NCBI GenBank assembly: GCA_021613535.1
Contig: CP075496.1
Location: 310,001-374,000, forward strand
Reading direction: 5' to 3'
DNA from: Adineta vaga
Taxonomy: Eukaryota > Animalia > Rotifera
Length of the DNA: 64,000 nucleotides
Shown: piece after piece, positions 52,706 to 63,750 of the stretch
How the letters are laid out: every line of letters starts with the position of its first letter
Numbering within the stretch: the stretch's first letter is position 1
Program-made: the position numbers and the translations under genes
Notes under the pieces: model-generated
Told to the model about the DNA's origin: nothing
Seen by the model: only the letters and a program-made list of their open reading frames with translations
Databases searched by the model: none

Positions 52706-53693
52706 GATGTTTAATACATTAGAAATTTATATTCAATTTGAAAATCTTTTTGATATTTATTTATATTAAAGATCAAAATTATCTAAATGCTCAACGATGG
52801 GAACAAATTATTCAAAGAAATTTATCACAATTAGAAGAATTTTATATGACATATATAACCAATTTTCATAAGACTCGTCAGTTATCTTCATATTCAAATG
52901 AACTAAATCAATTTTTTTCTCCATTTTGGCTTCAACGAGAATGGATATTAGAAATTGAAATTGAATGTGTTAAAATAACTTATTTCATTCATCCATATAA
53001 GTATGACAAAAAGAAAGAAAAATGAAAATTTTCTATTTAAAATTCTTTATTTAGAAAACGATGGTTTGAAAACAACGAACAAAAGAAAGTTCAACATTCT
53101 ATTGAAGAATTATCAAAATCTATGCAATTTAGTTTAAGTATTGTATCTCCAGAAAAATGGTATTCAACATTAACTATTCATGATTATATCAAACAAACTC
53201 AATCTGCCATGAAAATTGACCAACTTCATATTCGTTCAAAAATATTTGTTGTTAAATTAATTGAAATTTTAGAATCATTACCTAAACTTGATGCATTAAA
53301 ACTTTCTACGGTATCATTTTTGGATCCAAGAAAAGTAAAACGAGATGAATTAATACATATATTTAGTTTAAAAAATCAAATACTTATTACTAAACTTTAT
53401 CTTGGAAAGATAAGTCAAATTCAAGATATTTATACTTATTTCTTACAATTTGTCCTTTCATTAAACAACTTGAAATCAATCATTTACGTAAGATGAAAAT
53501 AAAATTATTTCTACGATTATTATTAATACAAATTAGAAATCGATCAAGATTTCAAAATTTTCGATTATTATGTATTCGATATCCAACAGTTGATGATAAA
53601 ATGATATTAAAATTAAAACAAATGATACAAGATGAAAATTTACTTGTTGATTTTACGATAAAACGTCTTATAGATAAAGTTTATGTAGAATGA
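52706..53693 (+). pseudogene. 5'-truncated, frameshifted C-terminal fragment of an F-box/LRR-type gene
   Basis: YLNAQRWEQII..LEEF, FWLQREW and HPY motifs; intron ~53001-53054; frameshift near 53440; no N-terminal part; begins just after a telomere-like motif at 52662. Confidence 0.6.
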
Positions 53694-55010
53694 AAATAAA
53701 TTAATTGTTTATAGAGAAATAATTCTATAGAGATGTTTGAAATAAATATTTACACGAGAAAAACCTCTTGTGTGTGATGATTTCTAAATACGACACAAAA
53801 TATTAATAAAAAAGAATGAACACATTGCTTTGTACAACCTTTTTCCTTTTGTCTGGAACATTTATGTCGTTGAAACAGCGTCTTTTTGCGTTGTACAATC
53901 GATACAAAAATGGGTAATAAACTTTAGTTTATTTCATTCTGTGCGAAATTTAGTAACGGATGCATATGATATTTAAGGTGTGGATGTAGTTGATGAATAT
54001 TTCGTATAAGCTTTAACACACATAACACTAAAATATAATGACTAAGTATGTATATATAAACAGATATGAGTAGATAAGGATGTGAGTGTGCATCTATGTT
54101 TTCTTGATTTGAGATGAAATCCAGCTCTACACTTATTTTCACATTTATCAACTTGAGAGAAAAGACTAGTAATGAGTACTGCTCCGATCGAAATGAAATT
54201 ACACGTATTGCATGATCTCGAAAATAGTTAATTACTCGAATGTAGGAGAAAAAAACATAATTGAACCTTCATTATAAGACATAAAAATAGCTGTATGATA
54301 CAAATAGAGATAATTTGTTTTCTATTACGTTTATTTTAATGAGAGAAAATGTTAGTCTTTTGAGTCTTTCAATTATCATATATATTAGCTCGTTTTACAA
54401 AAATGCTTTAACACTTTTTTTTGAAAACTAAGTTTTTGTATGTTTTTATATTTTTAGTTGATTGTCGTAGCCAAGGAAATACACTCCAATGCTATTGGAT
54501 AAAGTTATATTTCAAAAAAATCAATCTAATCATGTAAACATCAAAAACAAATACCGAACTATATAATTATAATTTGAAAGATAATGCCTTACATATACGA
54601 AAATAACTTTCATCTAGTAATATACTGGTTGATACCATAGGAAGTAAAAGTTTTTCGACAGAATGAAGCGAATAAATTTTAGATATTTCTCATATCATTA
54701 AATGTGTTTTGTTGGTTACCATAGTTCAAAAACTTGATTATTTTATTTTCTCATTTTAATAGATTATAACGCAAAACTATGATTTATTATTCTTGTAGTG
54801 ATCAATTCGAGGTCATCCGCTTACGTTATTCTCTATGATTTCTTTATCTTTTCTTTAACCACCTCGTCAGTTATCACTGTGATTTCGATAGCCTTGACTT
54901 TTATTCTTTTCTTTTCAATGTGTACATGTTTATATATTTTATAGATAAACAGAGGAGAAGAGATAAAATACGAATTGTACAATATCTATTCATTAAGATC
55001 TATCAAAATT

Positions 55011-56015
55011 ATGTCTTCTCTTTCTTCTTCACTTGTATTTGCACAACAAACGATTATTCGTTATGGATTTCCTGTTTCTTTGACATTGGGTAACATCGGT
55101 AATTTCTTCATCATTGTCGTCTTTTGTCGAAAAAAACATCGACGAAATCCGTGTTCATTGTATTTACTTGCTGCTGCTGTATTTAGTATTATTGGTATTA
55201 ACTGGGGAATTGGTAGTAATATGTATGCTCTTTATCAACCACCAGATCCATTTATTCAATCTCTTTTTCTTTGTCGTTTTCGAGGTTATATTCTCCAAAC
55301 TTCATCACTACTTTATAAATGTATGATTTTATTAGGATGTGTCGATCGTTTTGCCTTAACATCACCTAGAGCAGGTATACGTGCTTTTAGTAAACCCAAA
55401 TTTGCACTTAAAATGATTGGTGGATTTATTCTCTTTGGTCTGCTCATTTCAATACATTTACCGATCAATCAGACTATTCTGAATAATCGATGCTTGCCGA
55501 GTGGAACATACGGATTTTTCTTCAGCATCTATCAAGTGTGTATTTTTGGAGTTATTTTACCAATTTCTCAAATATTTTTCAGTTTCTTAATTGTAAAGAA
55601 TTTGAAATTGGTTCGTGTTCGTATACAACCTATGCCAGCAACTGACAGCATACCACAGAATATTCTAACTAGACATGATATTACTTTGATCAAACTCATC
55701 TTAACTGAAATTATTCTCGGTATACTTCTTACAACTTTATATCCAATTAGTTTGTTATATTCCATTTTGACAAGTAATCTGTTGAATAAAAGTACAGATC
55801 GTATTGCAATCGAATCATTCATGTCCTTTTTGGCACTTATTATCTTATTTTATTTAAATTATTGTATTACGTTCTACATTTACTTGGCGATATCTAAACC
55901 CTTTCGACAGGAAATCAAACAGATGATCTTGAAAATCATAAAATGGCTAGAACCAGAACAGATAGATACTGTTGCTCATTCAATTAACGTAAGACGAAGA
56001 GTAGAACATATCTAA
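55011..56015 (+). CDS. Rhodopsin-class GPCR, copy B
   Basis: Differs from copy A by 7 aa, all in the C-terminal ~90 residues. Confidence 0.9.
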   Translation: MSSLSSSLVFAQQTIIRYGFPVSLTLGNIGNFFIIVVFCRKKHRRNPCSLYLLAAAVFSIIGINWGIGSNMYALYQPPDPFIQSLFLCRFRGYILQTSSLLYKCMILLGCVDRFALTSPRAGIRAFSKPKFALKMIGGFILFGLLISIHLPINQTILNNRCLPSGTYGFFFSIYQVCIFGVILPISQIFFSFLIVKNLKLVRVRIQPMPATDSIPQNILTRHDITLIKLILTEIILGILLTTLYPISLLYSILTSNLLNKSTDRIAIESFMSFLALIILFYLNYCITFYIYLAISKPFRQEIKQMILKIIKWLEPEQIDTVAHSINVRRRVEHI

Positions 56016-56377
56016 ATGTAAATATCTTGTATTATTTCATTGAATTATACTGATGTCTTAGTATTTGATGTTGTACAAATGTTTTCTTGTGATTATATAT
56101 ATCGAGTAATTTAACAGCTATATATTAAACTTCGCATGACTTTGTTGAGTTGTCTACTAAAACAAAGTAATTCTCTATAAAAAAAACTCTTTATATTTAT
56201 GAAATTATCAATATGAGCAGTTTATAGTCCATTGTCAATGGTAGAATTAATAATGATCTAAATATATATTTATGTTTATCCTTTATTTCATATAAACTAT
56301 GTTAATTTCTTCAATATTAAAAAAAAGCAGTTTTAGAATTGAATAAAGAAATGTAAATGTTCATATAATTGATTGTT

Positions 56378-57004
56378 TTATGCAACATTTGGTAATGGAC
56401 TATAAGCAAAATTTTTCGTTATTTTCATTTCAGTATCGATCATATGTCTCGATGGCATAGGTGCTGCTGATGATAGATCTGATCCATTATATTCAGTTTG
56501 TTTAAAAGATTGAATTCGTCGTTGATGAATCATTTCACTCAATTGTTGTTCGAATTCATTAGCAATTGTTTTTTCAAATATCATTGTTTCCGAACCAAAA
56601 GAACCTTTTAATGTAATATATTTCTTTTTGTTGCCGAACCATAAACAAAGAAGAACAAGTAAGGCGAAAATGATAACTATTATACCTCCCGGTCGAAGCC
56701 ATGGTTGTTCGACAAGAAATCCACATGTTGTAGAAGCAATTCCTGCAAGTAATACAAGTATCATAATGATTCCGAACTCTTCATTGGGACGCATATCATC
56801 AATACGATCAATCGAATCGAGTATTATTGAAGAATAAGAGGAACGAGTAAAGCAAAGACAAGTTGTTCCTTTCCAACGAATTAATAATCGATAATTTGTA
56901 AGAACTATAATTGCTTTCATCATGTTGGAACGATCAGAACCTCTATATTTGCCCACAATTGTTTCACCACCGGATAGAGCAGAAAAAATAGTATCGGTAT
57001 CCAT
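56378..57004 (-). CDS. Hypothetical 2-TM membrane protein, possibly with a PH-like fold
   Basis: ORF with IVLTNYRLL..., two hydrophobic helices and a soluble C-terminal region; ATG at ~57004. Confidence 0.65.
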   Translation of the reverse strand: MDTDTIFSALSGGETIVGKYRGSDRSNMMKAIIVLTNYRLLIRWKGTTCLCFTRSSYSSIILDSIDRIDDMRPNEEFGIIMILVLLAGIASTTCGFLVEQPWLRPGGIIVIIFALLVLLCLWFGNKKKYITLKGSFGSETMIFEKTIANEFEQQLSEMIHQRRIQSFKQTEYNGSDLSSAAPMPSRHMIDTEMKITKNFAYSPLPNVA

Positions 57005-58217
57005 TAATAATCTTAATATAAATAACAGTATACAATACAATTATGATCACAATGTTTTCAACACATTTTAGCTATGAATTATTCTTTTCTTTTTTTTCTT
57101 ATGTTTAAAACAATGAAAGTTTTATTCTTGAATTATATCATTAAAATATCTTTAACTTACTTCGAAAATTACGTTTTTGCAATGTTGACTCTCTTATTGA
57201 AAAAATTATCAATTCTGTTGTATTTTATTTCCTCATTTTATTTTTTTTCTAAGTGGAAAAAAACCCAGTTGTCATAGATTAGAAATGAGAGAACAAAGTA
57301 TATTGATGATCTACGTGATGAAATGAAATAAACAAATGAGAAAAAGAACAATGGCATCAAATATCTTTATCATGAGATATGATTCCTCTTTTCTCTTTTC
57401 AACAAAAAAAAACACACAACGAGAACAAAGAATCAAAGTTGAAATTAATGATTGTTATAGTTTTGTTTCACGAACGCTTCGAATGTAATCAAATTACATA
57501 TGTATCAATTTTCTTTTGATTCAAAAATAGCCAAAGATATTTATAATAAAATAATAAAAGAAAAGAAATAGACAATTCGAGTTAGAATATCATCTATATG
57601 AATCTAAAGATTTAGAACAATTTTTATTCTTTTGAAAACATACAATTACTCACATATCTTATATTCTTTTCGTAGTAAAGATAAAAAAAACTGATATTAA
57701 TTGTTTATGAACAATTTGCACGAAATATTATACGTCAAATTAATCAACGAAATCCTTATAATGAATTAAATAATTCAATTTTAGCTTTGTATTGTTTTAA
57801 TGAAACTTTAAAAAAATATGAAAATCTAAAAAATTCAAAATATATTATTCTGATGATATATTGAGAATTTTACTGTCACTCTAGAAATTCAACATGAATT
57901 TTGTTAATGTCTGTACCGATCTTGGTCAACATACAAGACTATTTGAGGAAATCAACGATTATTCAAAAACAATAGCTGCATAGCAGAAGATTTAAACAAA
58001 AAAAAAGAACAAGATCTTAATAATTAATAAAATTTTAAACGACAAATTATTTCTTTTTTTAGTTATAATGATGATAAAATGAATGCGAGAAAAAAATAGA
58101 AATGAGTTCACTTTCAATTGTGTATCCATTCATGTTTGTTTGAAGAATAAGCTCAGACGAGTGAAAAAGTGTGCGAGTAGTATTATTTTCGTGGGAGATA
58201 CATAACTTGAAATCTTC

Positions 58218-58570
58218 TTGTTTTTGAATATCTGTGTAAACATCGTAATCTTCAATCACATCAGAATTATTCATTCATCATATTTATTTCTTCTCATGGT
58301 ATCAATTTTCGACATAGTTCATTCTCAAATATCACCTGATACAACCTGTGATGCAACATTTTGCTGCTGTTTGAATGGGAAAGTTGTTATAACAAGTGTG
58401 TTTTCTCAGTTAACTCCGCAGTCAGCTGCACATGTAGTAGGGTTCTCTTTATACAAGTGATTTTACAGGATGGATGATAGTATTATCTGGAAACAATTCG
58501 GTCAGTCTCAGTTCCGACAATAGTGTCATTTATATAATTAATTCAAATAATCCATTATGCTCACTTTCGT
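58218..58570 (+). pseudogene. Degenerate small secreted Cys-rich protein gene
   Basis: Signal-like segment, then CDATFCCCLNGKV..., frameshifted into ...SLSSDNSVIYIINSNNPLC. Confidence 0.4.
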
Positions 58571-58696
58571 GTAACACAACCAGATTAGGGCGAAAGCATA
58601 ATAATAGATAAATACTCTAAAGATCGATCAAATGAGCTGCTCGAAATTAGATTAAATTTCAACTACTCTCCATCTTCCACCCCTCTTCACTTTCCC

Positions 58697-58943
58697 ATAT
58701 ATATATATATACGGAAGTTTCATGAAACAGTTTGATGACCTTAGCTATTACATAATCACCTGGGTGAAATTTCACCCACGTCCCCCACCCCCACCCCCAG
58801 CCTTGATGACCATGCCAACTCCCTGCTGACCTTTCTTGGGAGCTAAGCTACCACTATGGAAAGTTTGGTGACGCTAGCTATAACAGAGACTGAATGCATA
58901 GTGAACAGATAGACAGACAAGCATTCTTCTTTATATATATAGA
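58697..58943 (-). mobile_element. Possible non-autonomous Helitron-like insertion
   Basis: GC-richer island bounded by (TA)n; the minus strand begins tctatatatataaag...gtctgtctatctgt. Confidence 0.35.
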
Positions 58944-59781
58944 AGAAAGATAGATTGTCCGGTGACGGCCTGCTTCTGACCCACACTTACACTCTCAAGA
59001 TTAATGTACATGTTTTATACCCAATTTTATCCACTCACATTTTATTTACCACAAAAAGAGGAGAAACTTATTTATGAATTTCGACTTGAAATTTTGAACA
59101 GGTATAAATCTTAACAGCAGTTGTTTGTTGTAAAAGTGTCGGCTCTTTTCTTTCACTCTACACTGATATAAAAACATCGCGTTTATTTATCTATTGAGGT
59201 AATATGAAGTGTTTTTTAACTGTAGCTGTATCACAGTACAGGAAGAACGAAAAAAGCTGAAACTTTCACAATAAACTGTTCTTGTGAGCACTTTCATTCG
59301 TATAATTTCAAGTCAAAATTCATAAAAAGGTTTCCCTACCTTTCTTGAGAATCATCACGGTATTCTGTATAAAAATTTTCCACTTTTCTGATATACACCT
59401 CCTCTGGAGGTCTAAGAAGGTTTCAAACCTCTATTTGGAACGAATATACCAAATAATTTCTAAGTCTATAGGTTTTGAGGGTGGGCATTTGGTTGTGGGT
59501 AAACAAAAGATACTCAAAACATCCTCAACATAGAAGAAAATAATTTTTTGCTTAAAAAATCGAATTGTCAATAATAAATGATGTTTCGACCGTTTTTCAT
59601 TCGATAGAAAAACTTTTTCAACGCGTAGAAACGTGTTTTTTTTCTCATTGCTTATCTAACTGGGTACATACAATATGAGGTTGGAAAGCAATCCTTTATC
59701 GATTTTTCGGTGAATTTTAGGAGCTCTATTTTGAGATAGAAGTGGCAAACTCATACATTTGGTGTCTCAAGAGAATAGTGC

Positions 59782-60840
59782 ATGGAGAGTATATATAAAC
59801 CTTTATGCAAACTTGGTGGAGACTGTCCAGCTTTTGTTCGTTTCATCGATAATGATAGAGACCAAGATGAGGATATGGAGCATTGTTCGAAATACATTCA
59901 TCCCACTCGTCGTGGCGGTATGAGAATAGAAGACAATTTTCAGTCGAAATTCCTTATAACGGCATTTCAAAGCTGTATTAAAACACGTGCTCATCAACGG
60001 AATCGAAATTTTTGGTTCGGCAAAGTGAACAATGGAGATCTAGAAGCGGAAGTAAAAAAGAACGGCTTTGCCGAGATTTTAACGTCAAGTTTATATGATT
60101 CTGTGAAGAAGAAACTGGAACATGAGAAGCATCGACTGATCGGATTACCTTTATCATTCAATCAAATGTTCGCAATATTACTTTACACTGATACCAAGTT
60201 ATACAGAGAATTGAGAATAGATGAATGTTTATTCTCAATGAAAGATGTGACTAGTGAGGATGAATGTACCTATGAACAAAAATGGCCAATTTTCGGTCGA
60301 ATACTCAATTCGGCTATTTGCTGTTTAAACAAACATGATAGATCAAATCGACCAACAACTGTCTATCATGGTTTGCATGGTATTGAAGTTGATCCGACTA
60401 AGTTTAACAATAGTGGTTATGAGATTCGACCGAAGAATAATCCATTTTTTAAATATGGAACATTTATTAGCGCAAGTCGACGCGAAGAAGTGGCCCTAGC
60501 TTTTATGAATATGGACTCAGATGTTGATACAGTTAGTTCCATGCTTGTGATTGATACAAGGAAAGATGAAGATGGTAATGAAATTATAGGTGCCGATGTT
60601 TCATGGATATCAAAATTCCCAGATGAAGATGAATTTCTCATTGCTCGATTGGCTCAGTTTGGTATCAACAACATTCAATATCATCCACAGCTGTCTTGCT
60701 ATATAGTCAATGTTAGCGTGGAATTTTTCGCTCATCGAGGACAAATGTGCTTCTCAACGGAGCACGATAGCGATGGGTGTAATTGCGACTTTAAACCTGG
60801 CCCTCGACCTCCTTGGATACCACTACCAGATAAAATATAA
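59782..60840 (+). CDS. Intronless ADP-ribosyltransferase-domain protein with N-terminal PBZ-like zinc finger
   Basis: CKLGGDC...HCSKYIHP; ILLYT, VYHG, FISAS, ADVSWISKFPDEDEFL. Confidence 0.75.
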   Translation: MESIYKPLCKLGGDCPAFVRFIDNDRDQDEDMEHCSKYIHPTRRGGMRIEDNFQSKFLITAFQSCIKTRAHQRNRNFWFGKVNNGDLEAEVKKNGFAEILTSSLYDSVKKKLEHEKHRLIGLPLSFNQMFAILLYTDTKLYRELRIDECLFSMKDVTSEDECTYEQKWPIFGRILNSAICCLNKHDRSNRPTTVYHGLHGIEVDPTKFNNSGYEIRPKNNPFFKYGTFISASRREEVALAFMNMDSDVDTVSSMLVIDTRKDEDGNEIIGADVSWISKFPDEDEFLIARLAQFGINNIQYHPQLSCYIVNVSVEFFAHRGQMCFSTEHDSDGCNCDFKPGPRPPWIPLPDKI

Positions 60841-62055
60841 ACACAAAAAATGTCATACCTATCCAAAAAGGCGATATTTTGTCTTGAGGGTGTTGGCGTA
60901 TTTAAAGATTACACATGCACCAAATCCGAATTTCATTTGAGAAGTCGAGTTTGAAGCCTTTCCACCGAGCCAAGAGGACTGAAATCAGTCGAATATAAAA
61001 ATTGATGATAAATATATGAGTAATCTTTCTTTAGTTGCGCACTGATCCTCTTGATCTTCGCTTAATATCAATTGTGAAACTTCGTCACAGATCAGAATGA
61101 TTATTTTATATTCGTTTCATACTTTGCTTTTGCACAATTTTACATAGATTTAACTTTGCATTTTGTATATAACTATCATAAAACAATTATCTCGTATGCA
61201 TCATATGAGATTCTGAAATACTCTTTTTCTTGAATATAATCAAATTTTTATTTGAATAAAAAAGAATTATTTTCTTGTAACATAATTATGTAGAATATAT
61301 TATGAAAGTTTTTTTATAGTTTTTAAAATGAGCAATATTAAGAATAAAAACAATATATACTTCTCTTTTTAACTTTGTAAAAAATAGAAAATGAAAAAAG
61401 AAAGGAAGAGAAACCATCATCATTTTTTTATGATAGTAGATAAAAGATGCAAATATAATAAAAGAAAGTGTGTCGTGTTTTGAGGGTGCGGGTGTGGACA
61501 TAGGTTTTTGATGGAATAATGGGCTGGATTGTGGCTGAGAGTGAGGGTGGATGGCTGTAGGTGTTGGTGGTGTATTTACAACTGAATCTCATCGACAGGC
61601 ATATGCACATCCACGTCCTCAACTTTAGGAATAGATTGCAAAGGGAAAATAATTTTCTGTTTTCGACAGTCGAAGGTCAAGTGAGTCGAAACGACGAACG
61701 TTACTTGTTTCTTGTATAGCAGTTTGATGTTGATTTTTGAAATAGATCGCAGTTAAATCATCAATCGGCGAGTAAATTTATTCTGAAAGACAATTTTGTC
61801 CTAACAAAATATATATTCCATTCTATTCTATTCGAAATAATATAGACTCACTAGATCACTGTTACAACGACAAGTGAATATAATTTTGAACTACTATCAT
61901 CGACGAAAAAATCAGCCGGTTTGTTTAAAACGAAGTGAAGATAATTAATTTTTTGATCTTGAGTCACCGGTGGCTTACGTCCGACTAAATATCTTACATA
62001 ATATTTTACAATATGATTTCAAGTATAGGACCTGTATTTAATGAATCCTTTGTTC

Positions 62056-62076
62056 TGACCTGACCTGACCTGACCT
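62056..62076 (+). repeat. (TGACC)n microsatellite
   Basis: tgacc repeated 4 times. Confidence 0.8.
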
Positions 62077-62386
62077 AATTAATTGCAATAATATTCTTAC
62101 TCATTAATATATATTATTTTAGAATATCATTAGAACTCTAAACTTATTATTTTAATATTATAGATTCTCACAATGGAATCATAACAGAGATCTAAAAATA
62201 GACTTTTTAATAGTGCGAATCATTCAATCGAGGATCAAGGTGATCTAGATGAGGAGTACTTGTGTTTTCTGATATTCGATAAAATACTATGATTAAAAGT
62301 GATGCATATATTTTTCAATTTAGCATAAAATAGTTATTTCAAAAATCAAAATACGATTTTTCTTAGATTTTGCATTGAAGTTCGAT

Positions 62387-62803
62387 TTAAATAAATTTGT
62401 ATTTTAACCATCTAATTATAAAGTAAACAATCATTATGTAGAATAATACGATTAAGATAGCAAACCAACAAGCTGTTTTCTTCTTTTTCGTCGTCGTATT
62501 TATTTGTTCTCGAGCTTTTTCTCTACATTCTTCTAAAATATTCTTTGGTATTAATTTGATTGATAATAAAATTAATAATGGAACAAGAATAAGATCATCT
62601 AAATAGCCAAGAATGGGAATAAAATCTGGTATTAAATCGATTGGACTTAACAAGTATCCAAGTGTTATTATGATTGATAGTTTAGCATACCATGGTGTTT
62701 GTTGATGTCGATAAACATAAGTTAATGTATAACTTTCAAGTTTTATTATTTGTACTTTTGCCTTCAAATTTTCAATTAATGATTTATACTTTCCACGATA
62801 CAT
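62387..62803 (-). CDS. YkvA / DUF1232 family membrane protein (bacterial-type)
   Basis: TPWYAK...YLLSPIDLIPDFIPILGYLDD signature; intronless. Confidence 0.88.
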   Translation of the reverse strand: MYRGKYKSLIENLKAKVQIIKLESYTLTYVYRHQQTPWYAKLSIIITLGYLLSPIDLIPDFIPILGYLDDLILVPLLILLSIKLIPKNILEECREKAREQINTTTKKKKTACWFAILIVLFYIMIVYFIIRWLKYKFI

Positions 62804-63123
62804 CGATAGTTAGTCTCTACCTTCTTGTTTCATTACTTTCTTGTGTACGTATTAACGAAATAAAAAACACATGTCGTTTTTAAACAGGGAAAAAATATGA
62901 TCATTCCACATATCTACTCCACTAGTTTAGTATAGATCATAGATCAAGAGAAAAAAAATGTCAAATCATCTCGTTCAGCCAATGAAGAGATGATTGAAAG
63001 AGATGGCGTTAGGCGATGAATGTAAAGAAATGTGTTGTTTGCAATAGGAAAACATCGTACCTGGTATTTCTTGAATTGATAAATGAAGGTTTGTAAATAC
63101 AATAAATAGAGACTATCTTCAGA

Positions 63124-63162
63124 TTGGGTGTGGGTGTCGTTATTCTCTTCACCCACACCCAA
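63124..63162. repeat. Telomere-like hairpin element, perfect 13-bp arms
   Basis: ttgggtgtgggtg-tcgttattctctt-cacccacacccaa. Confidence 0.85.
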
Positions 63163-63571
63163 ATAATCGTTTAACTCAACTTGAAGGTTTAACAAAAGTT
63201 TATTCCTTATCACTTTATAAAAATTAATTCATTGAAATTCCAATTCTGACAACAACTGAAGCAATTCGTCGACTTGATATGAATTACAATCCAGTAAACA
63301 CATTTCTTATGCTCTATTTTTCAAGAATATAACAGAAATCAGAATTTCTCAATCGAAAATCCCCGTTATTCCTTCACACATAGGTCTACTTGAAAAACTC
63401 TCATTTTTGGATTTATCTCATATACAAATAACTCGTGTACCAAGAAGTCTCTTGAATTTACCTTATCTTCAATATTTGGCTGTTCAAAATAATCCAATTT
63501 CTAAAGAAGAAGTTGATTCATTTAAAACAGATTTAATCAATCGACAATCAAAGATTAATTTACTCATCTAA
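63162..63571 (+). pseudogene. Leucine-rich-repeat gene fragment with a stop and a frameshift
   Basis: NNRLTQLEGL..., LDMNYNP, IPSHIGLLEKLSFLDLSHIQITRVP, LPYLQYLAVQNNPI; in-frame TAA near 63225. Confidence 0.7.
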
Positions 63572-63690
63572 TTTATTTTTTATTTTTTTATTCATTTTAT
63601 AATGAGAATATCAATAAAAGTTCATTGATTAAACGTCTGTTTCTAAATCTGAAAAGATTAACACTACAGAGACAAATTACAAAATGAATA

Positions 63691-63750
63691 GAGTGTGGAT
63701 GTCATTATTCTCTTTGTCCATACCGCCACCACCCACACCCACACCCTCAA
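63691..63750. repeat. Telomere-like hairpin element downstream of the LRR fragment
   Basis: gagtgtggatgtcattattctcttt...cacccacacccacaccctcaa; spacer related to that of the 63124 copy. Confidence 0.7.

Larger units (their letters stand above)
49582..56226. repeat. Inverted segmental duplication (~1.37-kb arms at 49582-~50950 and ~54862-56226)
   Basis: Near-identical GPCR CDS plus flanks on opposite strands, separated by a ~3.9-kb spacer. Confidence 0.92.

Noticed and set aside
290-63750. True telomere, or integron with an integrase
   Set aside because: Repeats are only 1-4 units long and interstitial; no tyrosine recombinase, telomerase or Athena-type RT is encoded in the window
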